Assembly (NCBI RefSeq): GCF_017876815.1
Contig: NZ_JAGIOS010000001.1
Location: 720,001 to 752,000 of the forward strand
Source of the DNA: Sinorhizobium meliloti
GTDB taxonomy: Bacteria; Pseudomonadota; Alphaproteobacteria; Rhizobiales; Rhizobiaceae
Length of the DNA: 32,000 nucleotides
Reading direction: 5' to 3'
The notes under the pieces are model-generated. The model saw only the letters and a program-made list of their open reading frames with translations, was not told the origin of the DNA and did no database searches. The translations under genes were made by a program, and so were the position numbers. Of this stretch, positions 1 to 6,797 are shown one piece after another; the stretch's first letter is position 1, and the number at the start of each line of letters is the position of its first letter.

Positions 1-100
1 TCTGCATGCTGTAGCGGCCGGGCGAGGCTTCCTGCGCAGCCGCCGGGGCAATGAGACCGAAGCCCAACCCGACTGCGAGTATTGCGACTGCCTGTCTCAT
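1..100 (-). CDS. Partial CDS (5' end only, runs off the window): secreted or periplasmic protein with an N-terminal Sec signal peptide
   Basis: The reverse complement of 1-100 starts with ATG (98-100) and reads MRQAVAILAVGLGFGLIAPAAAQEASPGRYSMQ. That gives a basic N-terminus, a hydrophobic core and an AAA-Q cleavage motif. A GGAGAG Shine-Dalgarno lies at 107-112 on the minus strand, 6 nt upstream of the ATG. Confidence 0.5.
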   Translation of the reverse strand, partial: MRQAVAILAVGLGFGLIAPAAAQEASPGRYSMQ

Positions 101-220
101 GACGTTCTCTCCGTTGAATGCTTACGGAAAATCCGCCTCGATCTCATGCTGTGCGGTGGACAGGCGCCGATATTTGCGGCAAGGCCATCACTCATGCTCA
201 CGACGGATAAGCGAACAAAG

Positions 221-568
221 ATGAACGCTACCATATACAAGATCGTTCCGGCACTTCTATGGCAGGAAGCGCGACGGACCGGCGCGTTTGCAGGCGCCCC
301 CGTCGATCTCGCCGACGGGTTCATTCATTTTTCGACCGGGGACCAGGTCGTCGAAACGGCCGCCAGGCATTTCGAGGGTCAGGACGACCTGCTGCTCGTT
401 GCGGTCGACGCGACGGCGCTGGGCGACAAACTCGTTTATGAGCCCTCCCGCGGCGGCGCGCTGTTTCCGCATCTTTACGCTCCGCTTCCGCTTGAAGCCG
501 TATTGTGGGAGAAGCCCCTGCCGCTGCGGCCGGACGGTCAGCACAGCTTCCCGGAACTCGCCCCATGA
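221..568 (+). CDS. DUF952 family protein
   Basis: From the ATG at 221 the product reads MNATIYKIVPALLWQEA...DGFIHFSTGDQV...LVYEPSRGGALFPHLYAPLP, the typical DUF952 signature (GFIHxST ... FPHLY). Its stop overlaps the pyrD start in an ATGA at 565-568. The upstream part of the track ORF (146-220) has no support. Confidence 0.85.
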   Translation: MNATIYKIVPALLWQEARRTGAFAGAPVDLADGFIHFSTGDQVVETAARHFEGQDDLLLVAVDATALGDKLVYEPSRGGALFPHLYAPLPLEAVLWEKPLPLRPDGQHSFPELAP

Positions 569-1653
569 TCGGCCAGTTGGAGCACCTCGCACGGCGCGGC
601 CTTTTCCTCTTCGACCCGGAAGCTGCACACGGCCTTTCGATCAAGGCGCTGAAGAGCGGCCTGGTGCCGAGCTGCGCCGCGCCGGCCGACCCCCGGCTCG
701 GGCAAACCGTGGCGGGCCTCGTTTTTTCCAACCCGATCGGCATGGCTGCCGGCTACGACAAGAATGCCGAAGTCCCGGAAGCGCTGCTGAAGATCGGCTT
801 CGGCTTTACCGAGATCGGCACGGTGACGCCGAGGCCACAGGCGGGCAACGACAAGCCGCGGCTCTTCCGGCTCGTCGAGGATGAGGCGGTGATCAACCGG
901 CTCGGCTTTAACAACGAGGGGCACGGGGCGGCGCTGGCGCGGCTCAAGGCCTGCTCGCGCGAGGCGCTGATCGGCGTCAATATCGGCGCCAACAAGGACA
1001 GCGCCGACCGGATCGCCGACTATGTGACAGGCATCCGAACCTTCTACGCGGTCGCGCGCTATTTCACCGCCAACATCTCCTCGCCCAACACGCCGGGCCT
1101 GCGCGACCTGCAGGCGCGCGAGAGTCTCTCGGCGCTGCTTTCGGCCGTGCTTGCCGCCCGGGACGATGAGGCGCGAAAAGGCGGGCGGCAGGTCCCGGTC
1201 TTCCTCAAGATCGCTCCGGACCTGACCGAAGAGGGCATGGACGACATCGCAGCCGAGGTGCTGGCGCATGGTCTGGACGGGCTGATCGTTTCCAACACGA
1301 CGCTTTCGCGCGAGGGTCTGAAAGACCGGCGTCAGGCCAACGAAGCCGGCGGCCTTTCCGGAAAACCGCTCTTCGAGAAATCGACGGCGGTGCTCGCCCG
1401 GATGCGCAAGCGGGTGGGACCGCACTTGCCGATCATCGGGGTCGGCGGCGTGTGCTCGGCGGAAACCGCAGCGGAAAAGATCCGCGCCGGAGCCGATCTC
1501 GTCCAGCTTTACTCCTGCATGATCTATGAGGGACCGGGATTGCCGGGCCGGATCGTGCGCGGCCTCTCGGCCCTTTGCGAGCGCGAGAAACTTGCCTCGA
1601 TCCGCGACATACGCGACAGCCGGCTCGACTACTGGAGCGGCCGGAACGTCTGA
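565..1653 (+). CDS. pyrD: Dihydroorotate dehydrogenase (quinone), class 2
   Basis: MIGQLEHLARRGLFLFDPEAAH...NPIGMAAGYDKNAE...GFGFTEIGTVTP...NRLGFNNEG...GVNIGANK...NISSPNTPGLR...SNTT...GLSG...IGVGGV are all classic PyrD motifs. The ATG at 565 was chosen because of the ATGA overlap with the DUF952 stop. Confidence 0.95.
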   Translation: MIGQLEHLARRGLFLFDPEAAHGLSIKALKSGLVPSCAAPADPRLGQTVAGLVFSNPIGMAAGYDKNAEVPEALLKIGFGFTEIGTVTPRPQAGNDKPRLFRLVEDEAVINRLGFNNEGHGAALARLKACSREALIGVNIGANKDSADRIADYVTGIRTFYAVARYFTANISSPNTPGLRDLQARESLSALLSAVLAARDDEARKGGRQVPVFLKIAPDLTEEGMDDIAAEVLAHGLDGLIVSNTTLSREGLKDRRQANEAGGLSGKPLFEKSTAVLARMRKRVGPHLPIIGVGGVCSAETAAEKIRAGADLVQLYSCMIYEGPGLPGRIVRGLSALCEREKLASIRDIRDSRLDYWSGRNV

Positions 1654-2996
1654 GCCGCCCGACGCGGTATCATCAGCAGCAGGAAAGCGCCGCGCAGCAG
1701 CAGGAACAGGTTGAGCCCGGCCCAGAGACCGTGATTGCCGAAGGCAGGGACGAGCACGGCAAGCGCCGCCACGTAGCCGATGAAGGCAGCCAGCATCATG
1801 TTGCGCATGTCGCGCGACCAGCCGGCACCGATGAAGACGCCGTCCATCAGGAAGGCGAGTGCGCCGGTCAGCGCCGTCACGGCCGCCCACGGCATATATT
1901 GATAGGCGAGCGCGCGCACGTCCGGCGCAGTCGTCAGCATGTTCACCACGGCGTTGCCGAAAGCGAGCAGCGCGAGCGTGGTCAATGCGGCGAGGCCGAG
2001 CGACCAAAGGGCAGTCATCCGCAGAACCCGGTCGAAAGCGGGGCGATAGCCGGCACCGATCGACCGGCCCGTCAGTTGCTCGGCTGCGGTGGCGAGCCCG
2101 TCGAGATAATAGCCGGCCACAAGGAAGATCGTCATCAGCACTGCGTTCGCCGCAAGCGTCACCGGCCCGAAGGACGTGCCGATCCGGGTCACGAGCGTGA
2201 AGGCGGCCAGAAGGGCGAAGGAGCGGATCATGATATCGCGGTTGAGGCCGAATAATTTCTTGAGGCGGTCGCGCGCAAAGATCATCGCCCAACCGGGCGC
2301 GTCCTTGCTGTCGAAACGGCCGTAGACGATTGCAAAACCCGCAAGCGCGCCGATCACCTCCCCCGCCACGGTGCCGATCGCGACGCCGGCCACGCCCCAG
2401 CCGAGGAAGAGGCCGAGCAGGATCGAAAGCACGATATTGGTGCCATTGATCAGCGTCTGCAGCATCAGGCCGAGAGTGCCCTCGCCGCGCCCCAGCACGA
2501 ATCCGAGGATGGCGTAGTTGGCGAGGGCGGCCGGGCCGGAGAGGATGCGATAGAGGAAATAGGTGCGCGTCACCTCCGCAACTTCCGGACCGGGCCCCAT
2601 GAGCCAGAGACCGGCGGAAAGCAGGATGGGCGATATAAGCACGATGGCGGCGCCGGTAACGAGCGCGATCATGAGCGAACGCCAGAAGACCGCCTGCTGC
2701 TCGCGCCGGTCTCCACGGCCATAGGCCTGCGCGACGAGACCCGTGGTTGCGGCACGCAGGAAATTGAAGGTGGTGAAGATGAGGTCGAACATCACCGCGC
2801 CGACCGCGAGACCTGCGAGCAGCTCCGCCTGACCGAGCCGGCCGACGACGGCCGTGTCGACGAGGCCGAGCAGCGGCGTCGTCAGGAAGCCGAGCGTCAT
2901 CGGCAGGGCGATCGAGAAGATAAGCCGGTTGGTGACCAGGAAAGGTCCGGCTTCTGGATTGTCCGTGTCGCGCTCGAGGCTTTGCGTGGCCGTCAT
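1629..2996 (-). CDS. MATE family efflux transporter (DinF-like)
   Basis: 455 aa and polytopic throughout. The N-terminus (IFSIALPMTLGFLTTPLLGLVDTAVVGRLG...LRAATTGLVAQAYG) is typical of MATE/DinF proteins. The 3' end overlaps the pyrD 3' end convergently by 25 nt. Confidence 0.9.
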   Translation of the reverse strand: MTATQSLERDTDNPEAGPFLVTNRLIFSIALPMTLGFLTTPLLGLVDTAVVGRLGQAELLAGLAVGAVMFDLIFTTFNFLRAATTGLVAQAYGRGDRREQQAVFWRSLMIALVTGAAIVLISPILLSAGLWLMGPGPEVAEVTRTYFLYRILSGPAALANYAILGFVLGRGEGTLGLMLQTLINGTNIVLSILLGLFLGWGVAGVAIGTVAGEVIGALAGFAIVYGRFDSKDAPGWAMIFARDRLKKLFGLNRDIMIRSFALLAAFTLVTRIGTSFGPVTLAANAVLMTIFLVAGYYLDGLATAAEQLTGRSIGAGYRPAFDRVLRMTALWSLGLAALTTLALLAFGNAVVNMLTTAPDVRALAYQYMPWAAVTALTGALAFLMDGVFIGAGWSRDMRNMMLAAFIGYVAALAVLVPAFGNHGLWAGLNLFLLLRGAFLLLMIPRRAAQTFRPLQ

Positions 2997-3042
2997 GATC
3001 CTGTCCCTACGGTCCGATTCCGTAGTTCACCCGGGAATCAGC

Positions 3043-3546
3043 TCAGCTGCAGAGCACCATGGCCCAATAGGGGCGGTTTCCGGAAGCGGAATTCTGCGCC
3101 ACGGCGACGCCGAGCCCCCGGTAATTGCCGAGCATGTTTTCGAGATGCTTCGGAGAATTGTACCAGGCATCGTAGGCGCGCTCGGCGTCCTTTTGACCCA
3201 CGGCGATGTTTTCGGCGGCCGGCAGCGTGACGCCCTGCCCCTTCATCCGATCATAGAAACTGTCCCGCCAGCCGATATTGTGCCGCATCTTGCCCGCGCT
3301 CGCCATGCGTGCTGCCTGATGCATGGCGGCAACGGAAGCGACCGGATCGCCGGAAAGCGCAGGAAGGCCCCTGCCCTTGCGCAACGTGTTGACGTAGCCG
3401 AGCGTCGCGTCGGTCTGATCGCTGCCCGTACCGCCGTCCGGAGAAAGAAGGTTCGAGGTGGTGCAGCCGGTGATCAAGCCGAGGGAAACCACGGCACCGG
3501 CACGCAGAAGCAGCCGTCTGCGGGCGACGAAGATCTGGTCGTGCAT
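3043..3546 (-). CDS. CAP (SCP/PR1-like) domain lipoprotein
   Basis: The signal peptide carries a lipobox (LGLITGC). The C-terminal YDAWYNSPKHLENMLGNYRGLGVAVAQ...YWAMVL matches the CAP/SCP fold signature. Confidence 0.8.
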   Translation of the reverse strand: MHDQIFVARRRLLLRAGAVVSLGLITGCTTSNLLSPDGGTGSDQTDATLGYVNTLRKGRGLPALSGDPVASVAAMHQAARMASAGKMRHNIGWRDSFYDRMKGQGVTLPAAENIAVGQKDAERAYDAWYNSPKHLENMLGNYRGLGVAVAQNSASGNRPYWAMVLCS

Positions 3547-3548
3547 GC

Positions 3549-3815
3549 TTACCGTCGATAGCTGAAGAGACGCAGAATGATGAAGAGCGGAATGACCACG
3601 ACCGCGCCGAGGAGCAGGTAGTCGCCCACCCGTCCGAGAGCCGCGAATCCGGTCCGCCAGAGATCGAGGAGGAAGTTGCGGATACCGTAATAGATATCGG
3701 CCGGATACCAGTCGAAGACCGTCATCACGAAGCCGACCAGGATCGACACCACCAGCAGCTTGACGAGCACGCGTAGCGGCGAGTCCCCCAAAAATTTGTT
3801 TATTCCGTCCGACAT
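3549..3815 (-). CDS. Small (88 aa) integral membrane protein of unknown function
   Basis: From the ATG at 3813-3815 (minus strand) the product reads MSDGINKFLGDSPLRVLVKLLVVSILVGFVMTVF...AVVVIPLFIILRLFSYRR, with two or three hydrophobic helices. A GGAG Shine-Dalgarno lies about 10 nt upstream. The stop is 2 nt from the CAP gene start (TAAGCATG). The longer track ORF (to 4403) is antisense to the methyltransferase and was rejected. Confidence 0.6.
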   Translation of the reverse strand: MSDGINKFLGDSPLRVLVKLLVVSILVGFVMTVFDWYPADIYYGIRNFLLDLWRTGFAALGRVGDYLLLGAVVVIPLFIILRLFSYRR

Positions 3816-3962
3816 CAGCAAGAACTTCTCCTGTTTCCCTTCACATAAGCCGCCATTCCCAAGCGTGCAAGGCATGACGGTCCCAGGTGCCGCTTCCAGA
3901 ATCCGCTTGTATTTTGCCTTTTCCGGCGTCAGAAGCGTCCATCGCAACCAAGCCGCATCTCC

Positions 3963-4901
3963 ATGACCTTCAACCAGCTCTCCTCCGGCGACCTGATCGC
4001 CGACCGCCGCGCCGACTACGCGAAGATGCTTGCGGAAGCGGGCGATGCGCCAGGTGCGGCGGAACTCATGGCCCAGGCGTTGGAGCTTGCCCCGGACTGG
4101 GCGGCCGGCTGGTTCCGGCTGGCGGACTATGAAGAGAAATCGGGCCGAATAGAGGCAGCCGTCGACGCGCTGCGCAATACGCTTCGGCTCAATCCGGAAG
4201 ACATCTTCGGCGCCAGCCTCAAGCTCGCTTTGCTCGGCGCTACCGAGACGCCCGAACAGCCGCCGAGCGTTTACGTCGAGCGCCTTTTCGACGACTATGC
4301 CGAGCGCTTCGACCACGCGCTCGTCGAAAAGCTCGGCTACAGCGTCCCGGAGAAGCTTGCGGCCGTGATCGGCCGGGTGAACGGCGGCGGGCGGTTTCGC
4401 CACGTCACCGATCTCGGCTGCGGCACCGGGCTCTTCGGCGAGCGTATCCGCGATCGCGCCGATTTCCTCGAGGGTTTCGATCTTTCCGCCAATATGCTCG
4501 CCAAGGCCGAAGCCAAGGGTGTCTATGACCGCCTCGCCCAGGCGGACCTTTCATTGGCTCCGGAGGATTCGGGCGTGTTCGGCGCGCTGGAGCAGCGGCG
4601 TGCCGATCTCGTCAGCGCGGCGGACGTGCTGATGTATCTCGGCAATCTCGAAGGTGTCTTCGTCATTGCCGACCGCCTGCTCGCACCGGGCGGGCTCTTC
4701 GCGTTTTCCGTCGAGGATGCATGCGGGGCCGACGGCTTCGTGCTGCGTCCGTCGCTGCGCTACGCGCATCCGGAAGCCTATATCGCCTCCCTCTGCAAAG
4801 AGAGCGGCCTGTCCATGATCGCGACCGAGCGCACGATCATCCGCAGGGATGCCGGCGAGCCCGTCGCCGGGATATTGTTCCTCGCCTGCAAGCCGGCTTG
4901 A
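3963..4901 (+). CDS. Class I SAM-dependent methyltransferase with an N-terminal TPR-like region
   Basis: The N-terminus has TPR-like helices (AELMAQALELAPDWAAGWFRLADYEEKSGRIEAAVDALRNTLRLNPED). This is followed by the SAM-binding motif I VTDLGCGTGLFG and a post-I acidic residue (GFDLS). Confidence 0.85.
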   Translation: MTFNQLSSGDLIADRRADYAKMLAEAGDAPGAAELMAQALELAPDWAAGWFRLADYEEKSGRIEAAVDALRNTLRLNPEDIFGASLKLALLGATETPEQPPSVYVERLFDDYAERFDHALVEKLGYSVPEKLAAVIGRVNGGGRFRHVTDLGCGTGLFGERIRDRADFLEGFDLSANMLAKAEAKGVYDRLAQADLSLAPEDSGVFGALEQRRADLVSAADVLMYLGNLEGVFVIADRLLAPGGLFAFSVEDACGADGFVLRPSLRYAHPEAYIASLCKESGLSMIATERTIIRRDAGEPVAGILFLACKPA

Positions 4902-5009
4902 TGCAGCCCCGACCGGGCGGCGAAAATAGGTCAGCATTGCTTACATATTTTGCTTGTATTTTTTGTGCGCTGCAGCAATGGTGATGCCATCGCGATCTGA
5001 GGGTCAGCC

Positions 5010-5645
5010 ATGGCACAGGCAAGCAGCGTTTTCGGTCTCTGGAATACCAGTCCCACACGGCACACGCCCGTGGAGGACGTTCAAGGCGTCTTTTCGGGCA
5101 GCCTTGTCGCCGCCCTCGGTCTCTATTTCCTGGCGAGTGCCGGACTTCTGACCGGCAGCACCGCAGGCGTCGCCTTTCTTTTGCATTACGCCACGGGCGT
5201 GAATTTCGGTCTCACCTTCTTCCTGCTCAATCTGCCGTTCTTCTACCTGTCGCTGAAGCGGCTCGGTCCGGCCTTCACGCTCAAGACCTTCATTGCCATT
5301 GCGCTCACCTCGTTCCTGACCGACATGCAATCGCGTCTCTTCGAGATCGGGCAGATCCACCCCGGCTGGGCCGCTCTCATCGGCGGCCTTCTCCTCGGAT
5401 ACGGTCTCCTGGCGCTCTACCGCCACCGCGCGAGCCTCGGCGGCGTCGGCATATTGGGCATCTACCTGCAGGAGCGCTTCGGCATTCGCGCCGGTCTGGT
5501 GCAACTCGCGATCGACTTGGTCGTTCTCGCGGCAGCATTCTTCGTGACGACGCCGACGGTCGTCATCTGGTCGGTGCTCGGAGCGGTGGTCCTCAACCTT
5601 TTCGTGGCGATCAACCACCGCGCCGACCGCTATATCGCGCTGTAA
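5010..5645 (+). CDS. YitT family membrane protein
   Basis: 211 aa and polytopic. HTPVEDVQGVFSGSLVAALGLYFL...GSTAGVAFLLHY...LNLPFFYLSLKRLG is typical of YitT/DUF161-type proteins. A GAGGG Shine-Dalgarno lies 7 nt upstream. Confidence 0.8.
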   Translation: MAQASSVFGLWNTSPTRHTPVEDVQGVFSGSLVAALGLYFLASAGLLTGSTAGVAFLLHYATGVNFGLTFFLLNLPFFYLSLKRLGPAFTLKTFIAIALTSFLTDMQSRLFEIGQIHPGWAALIGGLLLGYGLLALYRHRASLGGVGILGIYLQERFGIRAGLVQLAIDLVVLAAAFFVTTPTVVIWSVLGAVVLNLFVAINHRADRYIAL

Positions 5646-5674
5646 CGCCCAGAGCTTCAGGGAAACATCCCGCT

Positions 5675-6136
5675 CTAAGCCGCCATGGCCGGCGCGTCGA
5701 TCGGGGGCAAGGCGCGGAAGCCGACGCACAGCCGGTTCCACACGTTGATGGCGCCGATCGCGACGGTGATCTTGGTCATTTCCTCCTCGTTGAAATGCGC
5801 CTTGAGCGCCTCATAGGCGTCGTCGGGCGCGCGTGTCTCCGCCACATTGGTCAGCGCCTCGGTCCAGCCGAGGACCGCCCGTTCGCGCTCATCGAAATGC
5901 GGCGATTCGCGCCAGACACAGACGAGGTTGATCCATTGCTGACTGAGGCCGCTGTGGCGCGCCTCCTTGGTGTGCATGTCCACGCAATAGGCGCAGCCAT
6001 TGATCTGCGATGCGCGCAGCTTGATCAGGTGGATAAGGCGAGGCTCGATTCCCGAGCCTTTGACATAGCTGTCGAGCGCGGCGACCGCCTTGTAGGCGTC
6101 CGGAGCGGCTTTCGCAAAATTCACACGTGACTGCAT
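5675..6136 (-). CDS. Carboxymuconolactone decarboxylase family protein (AhpD-like alkylhydroperoxidase)
   Basis: LIKLRASQINGCAYCVDMHTKEA carries the AhpD-type CxxC motif, and the length fits the family. An AGGAGA Shine-Dalgarno is present. The gene lies 38 nt downstream of the Rrf2 gene on the same strand. Confidence 0.9.
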   Translation of the reverse strand: MQSRVNFAKAAPDAYKAVAALDSYVKGSGIEPRLIHLIKLRASQINGCAYCVDMHTKEARHSGLSQQWINLVCVWRESPHFDERERAVLGWTEALTNVAETRAPDDAYEALKAHFNEEEMTKITVAIGAINVWNRLCVGFRALPPIDAPAMAA

Positions 6137-6174
6137 GATCTTCTCCTGTTTGGCTGATTGGATGGTGATTCACA

Positions 6175-6681
6175 TCAGGCGGCGTTGCCCGATTTCCGTT
6201 CATGAAGGGCGAGAAAACCGTTCGTTCGCGCCGCGATCGCCCCGTCGCGGTCGATAGCTTTCAGGTCGGCCATGATGGCGGCGATGGTCACGCGCCGGAG
6301 TTCGGCGCGATAGGCCTGCTCGGCCCTGAGCATCGCGACATTGATCGTGCACGGCGCGGCCGGCTTGCAGGAATAGGGATTGGGGCCGCGAAGGCGGATT
6401 TCGTTGCAGCGAAAGGCCGGCTCCGGCCCCTCCACCGCGAGGACGATATCGAGCAGGGTGATCTTCTCGGGCGCGCGTGCAAGCCGGTAGCCGCCCTTCG
6501 GCCCCGGCACGGCCTCGAGCAGTCCGGCCCCAGACATCGCCTGCAGATGCTTCAGCAGGTAACTGGTCGAGACGCCGTGGAACTCGGCGAGCGCTGCGGC
6601 CGACAGGGTACTGCCAGGCTGAAGACAGCTCAGCATCGTCACGCTGTGAATGGCCTGTTCGACGCCGTCGCCGAGTTTCAT
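6175..6681 (-). CDS. Rrf2 family transcriptional regulator with three Cys as candidate Fe-S ligands
   Basis: The N-terminal wHTH reads AAALAEFHGVSTSYLLKHLQAMSGAGLLEAVPGPKGGYRLAR. The cysteine pattern is FRC-x12-C-x5-C (CNEIRLRGPNPYSCKPAAPC). Confidence 0.9.
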   Translation of the reverse strand: MKLGDGVEQAIHSVTMLSCLQPGSTLSAAALAEFHGVSTSYLLKHLQAMSGAGLLEAVPGPKGGYRLARAPEKITLLDIVLAVEGPEPAFRCNEIRLRGPNPYSCKPAAPCTINVAMLRAEQAYRAELRRVTIAAIMADLKAIDRDGAIAARTNGFLALHERKSGNAA

Positions 6682-6692
6682 TCGCGCCTCCT

Positions 6693-6717
6693 ATCGTAGA
6701 TAAAATTTATCTACGAT
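6693..6717. promoter_or_regulatory. Perfect 25-bp AT-rich palindrome, candidate Rrf2 operator in the rrf2/lhr divergent region
   Basis: ATCGTAGATAAA-A-TTTATCTACGAT has 12-bp perfect arms. It directly abuts the rrf2 Shine-Dalgarno (GGAGG, 6687-6691 minus strand). It lies about 80 nt upstream of the helicase GTG. Confidence 0.6.
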
Positions 6718-6797
6718 TCGCGTTTCGAGTCAATCCTTGCAACAGCACGAAGAATGCCGGCTTCTCTTTTGCCGCGTTTGATCTACCTTTGTTCTCC

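Noticed and set aside
538-2292. 584-aa minus-strand ORF overlapping pyrD and the MATE gene
   Set aside because: It is antisense or out of frame to well-supported genes, with Arg/Ala/Pro-rich composition typical of GC-driven spurious ORFs. The same reasoning applies to 13759-15531 (+), 16713-18068 (-), 24924-26633 (-), 28806-30053 (+), 29933-31453 (-), 10715-11728 (-), 6863-8092 (+) and the other shorter overlapping ORFs in the track.
3549-4403. 284-aa minus-strand ORF as one long gene
   Set aside because: Only the last 88 codons form a plausible membrane protein with a Shine-Dalgarno and ATG at 3815. The upstream two thirds are antisense to the well-supported methyltransferase gene.
4925-4975. 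AT-rich patch with an imperfect direct repeat (TTGCTTACATATTT / TGCTTGTATTTTTT) upstream of the YitT gene
   Set aside because: It is most simply a promoter or UP-element region between two co-directional genes. The repeat is short and imperfect, and I cannot support any specific function.
6477-6797. N-terminal 107-codon extension of the helicase ORF starting at ATG 6477
   Set aside because: It overlaps the rrf2 coding region on the opposite strand and crosses the intergenic palindrome. Its sequence is Arg/Ser/Ala-rich with no helicase similarity. The conserved N-terminal WF...GW...HQ motif begins just after 6843.
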